A stretch of 61,117 nt of DNA from Nitrospira sp. (GCA_029879905.1 JAOUPN010000001.1:1-61117); one strand, 5' to 3'. Shown: positions 9,625-19,936, counted from the first letter of the stretch. The notes: generated by a model from the letters alone, not told the origin. Made by a program: numbers and translations.

Positions 9625-10863
9625 ATGGCTCAACTTGAGGGTGTTCACGATATCTGGATGTGGTTGATCCAAGATATTGCCGTGTTTGGGAATTTTCAGA
9701 GTCCTCTCGTGAGTTGGCTCGGAGCCGCCGGTATTGTCTCGCTCTGTCTCTGGCACGGCGTCGCACTGCTTCGTGGGGTACAGCGTATTCGTTCGGGAGT
9801 GGAACGGCTCGAGCCAAGACTTCAGCGACTCGTACAAGCACGACAGGCGGTCTCCAGCGAGTGGATTTCTCTCTCTGCTCTGGCCAAGAAGCCATCACCG
9901 GGAAACCCGTCTTCGCCGTCGCGACGAGATCTTGATGATCTGGAAGAGTTGGATCGGATGATGCGAAACGAGTCGATATTCGCACATGAATGGTTGTCGT
10001 TTCGGAAGACCTTTGTCATCGATCACCCTTCGTGGTTCATGGAACCATCGGTCCATGCAGGAAAGTCGGCGGTAGGGTTTTTTCCATTCGAAACGGTGTG
10101 TGCCGACCGACTCAATGTGCGGTTCTATCAGCAACTCCCGTCCATTCTTACCGGTATCGGCCTGCTGTTTACCTTTGTGGCGATTCTCATCGGGCTCAGC
10201 AAGTTGCATGCAAACGGCAGTGAGATCGAAGGGATTCAAGGGTTGATCAATGGGTTAGCCGGTAAATTCGTGACCTCGATCGTCGGACTTGCCTGCGGCA
10301 ATGCATTTCTTATATTGGAGAAGTCTTTGTGGCATCGGTTGGCCGGTCGCTATCGGCGAATGGTGTCGCTGCTTGATGAGGTATTTCCCCGACAGGTTCA
10401 GGAGTCCGGTAGTCGGACCATCGCGGTGAACGGTGAACGGGTCGGTAGGTCGCAAGGCCGTGAAGTCGATGTCTCACTGCAACAGCAGATGGAGGGGGTT
10501 CAGGAACAGTTACAGGCTGCGGTTGAAGCGCTGAACGTCATTTCCCATTCAATGACCACATATGGAAATCGTGATTCGGCCGTGGAACAGGAACAGTTTG
10601 CTTCCCGTGTCGGGAAGGAAATTCGGCATGCGCTCAGTCCTGTCCTGGACTCAATACGGTCGTCGATGGACGGGTTCAATAGAGCTGCACAGCTGCCACG
10701 GTCCCATAGTCGACTTTCTTCAGATGATATGGAGGAGCTTGTGGAATTACTCAGTGCGCGTACCCCGAGCGAGCAGCCTCTTGCCGCCGCTTCTGACGGT
10801 GGTCGGACCCGATGGCGGTTCCCACGTATGGGGAGGGGAGACGGCGGGAGAGATGGAAGATGA
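9625..10863 (+). CDS. ZorA-like MotA/TolQ/ExbB-family stator subunit
   Basis: N-terminal TM, W.SF.KT...FF.....LN motif, LPSILTGIGLLFTF...IGL and GL..KFVTSIVG TM helices, helical C-terminal tail. Confidence 0.75.
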   Translation: MAQLEGVHDIWMWLIQDIAVFGNFQSPLVSWLGAAGIVSLCLWHGVALLRGVQRIRSGVERLEPRLQRLVQARQAVSSEWISLSALAKKPSPGNPSSPSRRDLDDLEELDRMMRNESIFAHEWLSFRKTFVIDHPSWFMEPSVHAGKSAVGFFPFETVCADRLNVRFYQQLPSILTGIGLLFTFVAILIGLSKLHANGSEIEGIQGLINGLAGKFVTSIVGLACGNAFLILEKSLWHRLAGRYRRMVSLLDEVFPRQVQESGSRTIAVNGERVGRSQGREVDVSLQQQMEGVQEQLQAAVEALNVISHSMTTYGNRDSAVEQEQFASRVGKEIRHALSPVLDSIRSSMDGFNRAAQLPRSHSRLSSDDMEELVELLSARTPSEQPLAAASDGGRTRWRFPRMGRGDGGRDGR

Positions 10864-11483
10864 CTTCTCCACCTGACTCGGAAGAAGGCGCTGCCGTATC
10901 GGCCATCGGCGTGACGGATTTGATGACGTCTCTTGCCGTGATATTTATTCTGCTCCTGGCGGTCTCGATCAATAAGGTCGAGAAGCCCTTGGCCTCCGAG
11001 ATGCCTGTCGACACCCAGGTAGATCGGTATCAGGCATCACTCCACTCCCCGATAGAACCGGCTCGGTCCGACCCACATATGCTCCGCGTGGTGGTGCCCG
11101 ATTCTGTTTTGCATTTTGAGTTCGGTAAGAGTGTACTTCTTCCTGAGGCGGATGTCTTTTTGCAAGAAACGATGCCGCAGTATGCGGTGATGATCTGTGG
11201 GCCGAACGGACATGAGGTGGAATCATTCATGATCGAGGGTCATACGGATGACTTGGGGGAGGATATTCAGAATCTGAAGCTGAGTCAGGATCGTGCATTC
11301 GCCGTAATGGCACGGGGGCTGGAGGTGATTCGGCACCGTCTGCCTTGGGCCTATGAATGTTTTCAGAAAAAAACATCGGCGAACGGGCGTGGTAGGCAGG
11401 AATTGTTGCTCAAGAGGAACGGGGTGCCGGATCGAGATGGGAGCAGGCGGGTCGTGTTTAAATTCCATCTTCGCCACGCGTGA
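10860..11483 (+). CDS. ZorB/MotB-like protein with OmpA-type peptidoglycan-binding domain
   Basis: TM with conserved Asp (TDLMTSLAVIFILLL), IEGHTD, NLKLSQDRA, SRRVVF. ATGA overlap with the upstream gene. Confidence 0.82.
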   Translation: MTSPPDSEEGAAVSAIGVTDLMTSLAVIFILLLAVSINKVEKPLASEMPVDTQVDRYQASLHSPIEPARSDPHMLRVVVPDSVLHFEFGKSVLLPEADVFLQETMPQYAVMICGPNGHEVESFMIEGHTDDLGEDIQNLKLSQDRAFAVMARGLEVIRHRLPWAYECFQKKTSANGRGRQELLLKRNGVPDRDGSRRVVFKFHLRHA

Positions 11484-11561
11484 CTCCGTCAGGCCGTTGA
11501 CGGTAGGGGGAAGCAGGCATGTGTGCGATGGTATGCTGTGTTCGGGCCGACAGCGAAGAGG

Positions 11562-13934
11562 TCAAGAGGGTCTCATGTGGCTGAAGCAGTCGTCGCTGGC
11601 CGGATGTGTCGCCTCATCCAAAATATGTCGGACCATGTGTGCGAAGTCGTTGGGTTTGAACGGCTTCTCCAGGAAGTGCATCGGATGTTGACCCTGATCA
11701 TGTAACGGTTTCCCCGTATCAGTATATCCGGATATCCCCAGTACCTTGATCGCAGAATTCTGGCTGAGGATTTGTGTCACCAGTTGTTGTCCATTCATGC
11801 CGGGCATGACCATGTCTGTGATTAAGAGATTGATCTTCCGAAGATGCTGGTTTGCCTGTTGCAACGCCTCATTCGGTGATGCAGCTTCGAGTATGTGGTA
11901 ATCGTACGACGATAAGGCCTGGGTGAGGTATCGGCGGACGGCATCATCATCGTCGACAAGAAGGATAGTCTCCTGGCCGTGCAAGTTTTGTGCAGGTTGT
12001 GGGGCCTGTGGTTCGCTCTTCTCCGTATCCTCGACGGGAGTGCTTGGGAATTTCATGATAAAAGTCGACCCTTGATTGGGCTGGCTCTCGACACGGATTC
12101 TCCCCCCGTTTTGAGTAACGATCCCGTAGACGACGGCGAGCCCCAAGCCCGTTCCATGGCCTGGGGGCTTGCTAGTATAAAATGGTTCAAAAATATGCGA
12201 CAGCATGTTGTCATCCATGCCGATGCCTGTATCCCAAACAGACAAACGGACCGACGGTCCGTTTGAAACCGACTGTGTATTGGTTGTTTCGATCGTCAAC
12301 ATTCCACCGGCCGGCATCGCATCGCGGGCATTCACAACCAAATTGACAATCACTTGCTCAATTTGAGTGGGATCAGCAGTGATCAAATCCAAATCCGGAT
12401 CAAGAGCGGTTACAAGATGAATATGTTCACCGATCAGCCGTTGGAGCATTGTCACAAGACCGGTGATCACGTGGTTAAGTTGAAGCCTGTAGGGGCGGAC
12501 AACTTGTTGGCGACTGAAGGCAAGTAATTGTTGCGTGAGCGCCGCGGCGCGCTTGCCGGCACGGTTTACTTCAAACATGGGTCTGTATAACGGATTCTCG
12601 TGGGAGGTTGTGTTCAGTATTGTTTCGCTGTACCCGTTGATCACGGTCAGAAGATTGTTGAAATCATGGGCGATGCCACCGGTCAACTTGCCGATGGCTT
12701 CGAGTTTCGAGGTATGCCGGAGCCGTTCTTCGACCGATTTGCGGTCCGTGATATCCACGCCGAAGGCTACGATATTAATCACGTGGCCGTCCATATTTCT
12801 CATCGGTGAGAAGACCGTATCGACGATACGGTCGCCGACATTTGGGAAACAGGTCGTGAAATCGGCCCGGACAAGTTCCCCTTTGCCCGCTGATCGAATA
12901 GCGGTTTGGATGGCCCGAAGCTCTTCCGACTTGGTCCAGCCGATGTCCCAAAAGCATTTCCCGATGACTTTGTCTCTGGTCAGACCCATCAGGGTAAGTG
13001 GTGCCTCGTTCACATCCTCTATAACGGCGTCCAAGGAGAGGACAGCGACAAATCCATAGAGTGAGTCGAGCAGCTGCCTGAGACGATTGCGTTCAGCCAC
13101 GAGAAGTGCTTCAGCCTGCTTCCGTTCGGTAATGTCGCGCACGACTGCGATAAAACGAGGGGGCGCACCGGTGAGTAGGACGCATTGCAGGTTAATTTCC
13201 ACCGGTATCAGATGTCCGTCTTTGTGCTGATGGAGAGTTTCAAATGAGACGATCGGGACGAGGCCGAGTGTCAACGGTTCGAGAAGCGACCGAAATGTCA
13301 TATGGTCGAAGTTGGGTTTGAGATCCAGAGGGGTCATCCGGAGAAGCTCTTCCCGGGAATAGCCGGTTTGTTGGATGGCTCCCTGATTCACATAGGCAAA
13401 CAGAAGCGTCTCATCTTCAAAAATGAAGAGTCCGTCGCGTGTGGCGTCCAGCAAGCGAATCGCCTGCGCTGTGTCAGGTTTGATGTATTCCTGGCTATGT
13501 TTTGCTTGTGTAAGATTGGTGGCATCGTGCAGCACCAGCACAAAAAACGAGATGGCTCCCGATGCGTCAATGATTGGTTCCAATGTCCAGTCCCGGCAGG
13601 TGACGTCTCGCTCGGGGTAGTCCGGAAATATGAATGGGGAACCAAGGGCTCTGTGGGCAATTTTGCTCAGGCGAACGTCTGTAAAAATGGATTTCACATT
13701 TGAGGTGAGGAAGGCGAATATGCTGTGTCCTGGAAAGTCCTCCATCTGCTTTTGCCAGGCATGTGCATAGGATTGACTGACTCGGATGAAATGAAAGTCA
13801 TGATCAAGGAGGGCCAGGCAGAGGGTGGTATTCTCAAAAAGTGCCTCTGTGAGGCCAGAGATCTCCTGATGGCGCATGATTCTCTCAGAGGTTGTTCTGT
13901 CTGATCCATTGCGTGAGGTGTCTGGGTGATACAT
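11562..13934 (-). CDS. Multi-PAS hybrid sensor histidine kinase with receiver domain (CckA-like)
   Basis: Three PAS domains, GGIAHDFNNLL, NLVVNARDAM, DTGIGM, GTGLGL, C-terminal LLVDDD/TDMVMP/KPF receiver. Confidence 0.92.
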   Translation of the reverse strand: MYHPDTSRNGSDRTTSERIMRHQEISGLTEALFENTTLCLALLDHDFHFIRVSQSYAHAWQKQMEDFPGHSIFAFLTSNVKSIFTDVRLSKIAHRALGSPFIFPDYPERDVTCRDWTLEPIIDASGAISFFVLVLHDATNLTQAKHSQEYIKPDTAQAIRLLDATRDGLFIFEDETLLFAYVNQGAIQQTGYSREELLRMTPLDLKPNFDHMTFRSLLEPLTLGLVPIVSFETLHQHKDGHLIPVEINLQCVLLTGAPPRFIAVVRDITERKQAEALLVAERNRLRQLLDSLYGFVAVLSLDAVIEDVNEAPLTLMGLTRDKVIGKCFWDIGWTKSEELRAIQTAIRSAGKGELVRADFTTCFPNVGDRIVDTVFSPMRNMDGHVINIVAFGVDITDRKSVEERLRHTSKLEAIGKLTGGIAHDFNNLLTVINGYSETILNTTSHENPLYRPMFEVNRAGKRAAALTQQLLAFSRQQVVRPYRLQLNHVITGLVTMLQRLIGEHIHLVTALDPDLDLITADPTQIEQVIVNLVVNARDAMPAGGMLTIETTNTQSVSNGPSVRLSVWDTGIGMDDNMLSHIFEPFYTSKPPGHGTGLGLAVVYGIVTQNGGRIRVESQPNQGSTFIMKFPSTPVEDTEKSEPQAPQPAQNLHGQETILLVDDDDAVRRYLTQALSSYDYHILEAASPNEALQQANQHLRKINLLITDMVMPGMNGQQLVTQILSQNSAIKVLGISGYTDTGKPLHDQGQHPMHFLEKPFKPNDFAHMVRHILDEATHPASDDCFSHMRPS

Positions 13935-14018
13935 GGGTTCTACACTTAAAGGAACAGGGAATTTCCTGAGCCTACGTATTGATCGTGATGATGTTCCGTC
14001 CTGGCGCCCACGGCGTAC

Positions 14019-14280
14019 GCCTGCCTTGCCGAGGCTACTCCGCCGAAGTAGCCCACAAGCTACAAAGGTTGGAAGCCGTTCGACTGCAAAGGCGGGTGAA
14101 CGAATCGGACGTTATGATATAATTCTAGCAGACGGTTGAGCTCCAGGGCTTTCCAGCCAAGGCCTCTCTTCGGGCGTCGGGATACCTCGCCGACGCCTAT
14201 TCGCTTGCCTCGCTGAGTCGGCCATGCTTCGCCAAAGGCTGGCGAAGCGGGTTCTCCTTCGCAAGGCTTCGGAGCCGGGT
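14019..14280. repeat. Cluster of REP-like palindromes (CTTCGCC...GAAG family)
   Basis: GCTACT-ccgccga-AGTAGC (14034-14052) and GCTTCGCCA-aaggc-TGGCGAAGC (14226-14248). Related pieces near 35788, 36277 and 46262. Confidence 0.55.
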
Positions 14281-14444
14281 GAAAATGCCCCTCATGTCTT
14301 CAACCAAGAGGCTTATTCTAGGGGAGAAGCTCCCGCGTATACCGAAGCCATTGAGAAAACGAGCGGGGATGTATGCCGTGATTCGCAAAGAGTGAAGAGG
14401 CCAGCCGGATAGCAACGGGTGGTATTGAGATGGAACGCAACTTA

Positions 14445-14621
14445 TCATCCATGTTTGACTGCGATGAGAAGTCCTGCAGCGGCGACGATTCCTCCGAGAC
14501 AGACGAGAAACCATTGCGTGTCCGGAAGAGAGGGGTCTGTCGGCGGTGGCCAATCTCCCATGAGTCCGAGCGCGATGAGACTGCACCCAAGGCCGACCAG
14601 GACTTTCCAGCGAAGTGCCAT
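14445..14621 (-). CDS. Small two-TM membrane protein (58 aa, below the ORF-track cutoff)
   Basis: Translated by hand: MALRWKVLVGLGCSLIALGLMGDWPPPTDPSLPDTQWFLVCLGGIVAAAGLLIAVKHG*. AAGGGAG upstream. Confidence 0.65.
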   Translation of the reverse strand: MALRWKVLVGLGCSLIALGLMGDWPPPTDPSLPDTQWFLVCLGGIVAAAGLLIAVKHG

Positions 14622-15032
14622 GTGCCATGATACTCCCTTGGGTTAGGGAACGGCCAGAGTCATCCATGCGGCAGAGCTCCACGGTGTATATATGTTGAGC
14701 CGAATCAGTTTGAGCGAGAAGGTCGGGTACATGAGGCTTTCTGCGGAGCCGGACGAATAAAACACCTCCTGGATTGAGACGCCTTCTCTCTCTCATCGCA
14801 AAGATTCTGTCTTCTTCATGATTCGCTGATTACTAAGCATTTTCCGCCATGAGATGAGACGAACGGTCTCGGGAATGCGCAATTACGTAACCGGTGGAAC
14901 AAAAAATGTCACAATCGCAGCAGAACCACACGATGTCTCATGGACAGTGGGCAACCCCCCATAGGCTGTCTATGTGCTCAACCATTTAGGGATCTTCGTC
15001 CCCACGCGAATGTTCTCGACCCTTAATCGTGA

Positions 15033-15048
15033 AGGCACCGGTCTTGCT
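15033..15048 (+). promoter_or_regulatory. Putative sigma54 -24/-12 promoter
   Basis: aGGCAC-cggtc-TTGCT with exact GG-N10-GC spacing, about 100 nt upstream of the lipoprotein gene. Confidence 0.5.
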
Positions 15049-15148
15049 GTGGACTTCTTGTACTCACGTTGGTATCTTTTTCTGCACTATCGCTTGATTC
15101 GTTGTGCGCTCGATTGCCATGCGTACATGTGGATGGGAAGGAGGGACG

Positions 15149-15607
15149 ATGAAGAAGTTCTTATTGCTAGGATTCGGCGTTCTATTTCTGACGGGTTGTT
15201 CGGTGCATGGGCATGGTCCTCGCGTCGGTCTTGGAGTATCGATGGGTGGGCCTCCGCCCGTTGTCGTTGCGCCACCGGCTCCCGGTCCTCCGGTTTGGGC
15301 TCCCGCCCACGGGCGTCGTGCAATGGGCGCCCATCGCTACTATTACTATCCCGCAAGCGACGTGTATTTTAATGTATCGACAGGAAGTTATTTCTACATG
15401 AACGGAGGAAACTGGCAAATGGCGATGTCACTGCCGTCAGCCCTGGTGATTGACAGCGGTAACTATATCTCTCTTGATCTGGACACCGATCGCCCGTACC
15501 TCTTTTACGATGAGCATCGTGTCAAATATAAAGGGCATAAGTTCAAGGGGAATAAGCATTTTAAGAAGCATGGAAAGGGACATGGACATCGAGGAAATCG
15601 CCACTAG
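15149..15607 (+). CDS. Lipoprotein, Pro-rich with His/Lys/Gly tail
   Basis: MKKFLLLGFGVLFLTG/C lipobox, AAGGAGG RBS, PPPVWAPAHG..YYYYP domain. Confidence 0.8.
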   Translation: MKKFLLLGFGVLFLTGCSVHGHGPRVGLGVSMGGPPPVVVAPPAPGPPVWAPAHGRRAMGAHRYYYYPASDVYFNVSTGSYFYMNGGNWQMAMSLPSALVIDSGNYISLDLDTDRPYLFYDEHRVKYKGHKFKGNKHFKKHGKGHGHRGNRH

Positions 15608-16100
15608 GGTACGCGATAGAGATGTCGCAATGGTTTCCCCCCTTCAGCATGTTGCCAGGCTTTAGGTCATTTTTAGCGTAGTGCTGTCGTCGGCCGTGTT
15701 TCTCTTGCAGAGATAGGGTCGTCGACAGCCGGTGCGACTGGTCCCTCGGGACTTCCCTCCCAATAGTCTCTTTCCTCTTAATATCAGCCGGTGATATCCG
15801 ACGGTTTCTCAGCCTGATCCTTCTACTAATGCAGTGACACCTTGCCGAGTCTGCTCCCTATTTCTCCACGGCATTTTCCGCTTTTGCCGAAGTCGTGAGA
15901 CTGTGGGGTCCAGGTAGCCGTAGTATGCTGAGCGGCGAGTGCGAACAGCGAGAGAATACACATCGTCTTCCATATGTGTATCGGTGCGGTATCTGTCGGT
16001 AAGAGGGGAACCCGCTTCCGCGGGCATACAGTGTTGACTCTCGGGAATAAAGTGGGTCAGTATTTCGTATGTATAGCTCATATTTACCCGGAGGTGCTCT

Positions 16101-16523
16101 ATGAGTCGGATGTTCGTGATCGGTGTGGCCATGATGTGGCTTGTGGGAGGAAGTGCGCTGTCGTTTGCAAGCGAGCTCGGCAAACTGCAATCAGATATGC
16201 TGAGTGAAAAAGAGCAGATGAAAGCGGGGGTACTGGGTGAGAAAGAGCAATTGAAGTCTGATGTGTTGAATAAGAAAGAGAAGATGAAATCAGACATGCG
16301 CTCCCAGAAGGACAAAATGAAGGCCGGCGTCATGAGTAAAAAGGAGGAGATGAAAGCGGGTGTGAAGGGGAGATCCGATGAGATGAAACACAAGGGGCAA
16401 AAGATGAAAGAGGCCGGCGAGAACATGAAGGGTGAAGTGCAGGGCATGGGGGATGAAATGAACAGTATGGGGAACGACATGAAGGGGATGGGAGGGGAGA
16501 TGAAGGATATCATGTTGCAATAA
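16101..16523 (+). CDS. Secreted Met/Lys-rich 11-mer repeat protein
   Basis: Signal peptide (ALSFA), GGAGGT RBS, tandem 11-aa repeats such as QMKAGVLGEKE / KMKAGVMSKKE. Confidence 0.8.
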   Translation: MSRMFVIGVAMMWLVGGSALSFASELGKLQSDMLSEKEQMKAGVLGEKEQLKSDVLNKKEKMKSDMRSQKDKMKAGVMSKKEEMKAGVKGRSDEMKHKGQKMKEAGENMKGEVQGMGDEMNSMGNDMKGMGGEMKDIMLQ

Positions 16524-16792
16524 GTCAGGACGAATCCTCGATCGCCTTGAAAGCACGGCCTGTAGACGGAAACATATTCGCCTACAGGCCATGGTGTTTG
16601 GGGATAGGGACGACATATAGGAAGAAAGGCCCAGCCGACCGGGAAGCGTGATTTGTAAATGGGAAACAGTATGGGGATCAATTCTGCGAAAATCCCTCAT
16701 TTGTTCGATGTAGGCAAATAGAATCCTCCAGCCGAAGTTCTGACTTAGAAAATGGCATAAAGAGGCAGGATCAAGAATAGGGGGGTGCAGCC

Positions 16793-17455
16793 TGAGCTGG
16801 CCCGGGTTTCGTGGACACCCAGTTAAGACTCGTTCAGGCGTCGTTCGAATTCCAGCGGACTCACATAGCCGAGGCTTTAATGACGCCGCTGACGATGACG
16901 GAACCCTTCGATAAACACGAAAATCTCTCGACTCGCCTCGTCCCGGCTGTGATACGTCTGGTGATGGATGAGTTCATTCTTCAAGGTGCTGAAAACACTT
17001 TCTGCCACCGCGTGGTCATAGCCGTTGCCCTTCCCACTCATGCTCGGCGTGATGCCCTGTGCACGAAGCTGCTGTTGATAGGGGCCATAGGTATACTGCG
17101 CCCCGCAATCAGCGTGATGGATTAAGCCGGATTGAACTCGTCGTTGGCGGACGGCTATCGCGAGTGTCTCAAGTGTGAGGTGTTGATCCGGCTTGTCTCG
17201 GATCGCCCACCCAATGACTTGCCGCGAACAGAGATCCGGCAGCACTGCCACATAGAACCAGCCGGCACGGGTGGACACTAACATGATATCCCCCACCCAG
17301 ACACGGTTGAGTGCCGACGCGACAAACTGCTGCTGCAACAGATAAGGGGCCGGTGGCGTGAGCTTATGATGCGCAACGCTCACTGGAAGCGTCGGACTCG
17401 CGTCGCCTCGAGTTGCCAGGTTTTCCACAATCAGGCGAATCGATAGCGTGCGCAC
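16793..17455 (-). mobile_element. Truncated IS3-family element (OrfB integrase core + right terminal repeat)
   Basis: WVGDI, HHADCGAQY, GNGYDHAVAESVFSTLKNE DDE-type motifs (degenerate). IS3-like end TGAGCTGGCCCGGGTTTCGTGGACACCC at 16793. Confidence 0.88.
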
Positions 17456-17996
17456 TGAATCTCGCGAGACTGCGCCTCTCTCCAGAATTTCAGAACCCCG
17501 TATTCCTCCCGCATCTCCCGGTGGCTGAGGAAGAAATTTCCCGAGTGGATCTTCATAATCTAGGGATGATATCCATTAATCGCACTCAGTCTCTGGCCGA
17601 GGAGAACCTTCGAACAATGACGGCGGAACTCTACTGTGAATGAATGGAATGCGTCATTAGGTAACAGGCTGTTTGACGCTGGTCGTTAATGGAGGATGCT
17701 ATGTATACCAACCTCTACGCCACTGGGTGTTGAGATGCCAGCTAATTGGCAAACCCACTGAGAATCACCAGATTCATTCTTCCCAGGTGAATCCATTCGG
17801 AGTCATATTGAATCGTAATGATGCACTAGGTGTCCCATCCTCTACGAAGGCAAAGCCAAAACACCTCAACTTTGTAAGTAATTCATGCTGATAAGCCTTG
17901 GCCCGCTATATGCTTTATGACGACATCAAATGCTGCGAGGCTTCCAATGACAAGAGGGGCATTGCATGACATGAGATGTGGCAGATAGCGATAGTA

Positions 17997-18120
17997 ATGC
18001 GGCGGATGAGGATCACGGCGATCTATAGCTAGTCGCAGACCAGTCAGAACCATCCTGTACATCGGATCTATTCCTATCTGCTGCGTCAGCTGACGATCAC
18101 CCGGACGAATCATGTTTTGG
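17997..18120 (+). pseudogene. IS3-family OrfB fragment
   Basis: MRRMRITAIYS*SQTSQNHPVHRIYSYLLRQLTITRTNHV matches the IS3 OrfB pattern MRRMG..A.Y..P.TS....H.IYPYLLR.L.I.RPN.VW. Confidence 0.7.
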
Positions 18121-18264
18121 AGGAAGCACTCGCGATAATTCAGATAGATCCAGATGTTTGGGAAGAAGAGAAACGTCCTATTAGAATTTGTCGTCGATAT
18201 TTCCATCAGGAAATGACACATTGCTGTCTCTGAGCCGTTTATTAGTGAGGTCGAGGAACAGAAT

Positions 18265-19929
18265 ATGAAACAGAATATTATTGTTTGTGCAGACGGCACC
18301 GGGAACTTAGGTGGAGAAACGCCTGACACCAATGTTTTTAAGACCTATAACGCGGTCGACATTCACCGGAAAACTGTGAAACAGATCACGTTCTACGATG
18401 ATGGAGTTTGAACAGCTAAGAACAAATATTGGAGGACGATTTCCGGGGCAGTGGGTTTTGGTTTCAAACAAAATGTCTGCGACCTCTATGAGTATCTTGC
18501 GAAGAACTACAATCCGGGAGACGATGTGTTCCTGTTCGGTTTCAGTCGAGGCGCTGCAGAAGTTCGTGCCCTTTCAGGATTTATTGCTGCCGTGGGTCTT
18601 CTTGACGGGAGGACGCTCAGCTATACGGAACTTAAGGAAGGGATTGAGAAAGCCTACGGCGAATATCAAACGATAGGAGGTACACACACCGATCTTGCCA
18701 AGCCTCAGAATGGACGGCACGGCGCCATTCCAATCACATTTATCGGAGTGTGGGACACCGTCTCGGCCTTAGGTTTCCCGCAGCACTGGAAGATTACGAG
18801 CATCGGCATGTGGGTGCTGAATCTCATCTTCATGGGGATTGATCGATTCACTGACTGGTTCCTCCCGCATCGTTGTTACAACTATGAACTCACTAAGAAT
18901 GTGGACCATGCCTACCATGCTCTTGCAATCGATGATGAGCGGCTATCGTTCGAACCAATTCTCTGGGATGAAAATCTTGGTGATCCAAAAGAAACGACTA
19001 TTGAACAAGTATGGTTTGCCGGATCCCATTCGAATGTGGGCGGAGGGTATGGCCGTGCTGGTCTGGCAGAAGTCACACTGGATTGGATGATGGAGCGAGC
19101 TTGCAGACACGGACTTATACTAAAAGACGGGAAGCGTGACGAGATCCGTTGGAACACGAATGTATATGGTCGGCTCTATGATTCGAGGGATGGCTTTGCC
19201 GTGTATTACCGGTACCAGCCACGTAATATCCAACGACTCTGTGAAGGGAAATTGCGACAGGGAGACAATATTAAAATCCACAAAACTGTCTTTGAGCGGA
19301 TCGAAAGGAAATCACAACACTACGCTCCGGGACATCTTCCAAACAGCTGCGATGTAGTAGATTCGTCTGTGCCCTCTAAAACACAAACGTTGACTATCAA
19401 TAGGGAGGAATGGGAGAAAGCCCAAAATCGGATCAACAAATGGGTGTCTAAGAGACAATGGCTCTATGGAGTGTTTCTTGAATTTACACTGCTTGTGATC
19501 ATCAGTGCAGGGTGGTTTTGGAAATGGCCACCTGGGGAAATAGGAGCACGTGAGCAATATGATGCTTGGTCATTTCATTGGTCCCTAAATCACATTGCTG
19601 ATGTCTTAACCTATGTGCTTCCCGTTTTCTTTAAAGGGCTCATCACTGTAGCCGTATTACAATATCCGATTATTTTTGGAATGGTGGTAGTCTTTTTAAT
19701 TGTCCTTTGGCGTCTGAAAAAGTATTTCCTGAAAGAAAACAAAATCGCCTGTTATGAAGCAAGTAAGCTGCTGGTGGCGGCCTGCAAAAAACTTGGTATC
19801 GGAGGAGGGTCCGGAATTGCGGACAATGTGGTAAGTGAGAGCCTGGCTTCATCGAAGCGACCGCCCGGTGGCGAACAGAAGGAGCAAGGTAACCAAGCGA
19901 ATATGGTGGAACCACAGAGCAACCGTTAA
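18265..19929 (+). pseudogene. DUF2235 (Tle1-like) alpha/beta hydrolase with C-terminal TM helices, interrupted by an in-frame TGA
   Basis: MKQNIIVCADGTGN...TNV...FYDDGV*T then in frame GFSRGA, GVWDTV, HALAIDDER, QVWFAGSHSNVGGG. Stop at 18409-18411. Confidence 0.85.
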
Positions 19930-19936
19930 GAATCGG

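Noticed and set aside
9625-11483. Complete Zorya system or flagellar motAB
   Set aside because: No zorC/D/E and no flagellar context. Kept only as an orphan ZorAB-like pair.
15809-16681. 290-aa minus-strand ORF
   Set aside because: Antisense shadow of the Met/Lys-rich repeat gene, which has the RBS and signal peptide.
18409-18411. In-frame TGA as selenocysteine or recoded codon
   Set aside because: The position corresponds to a conserved Gly, not Cys, and TGA is used as a normal stop throughout the window.
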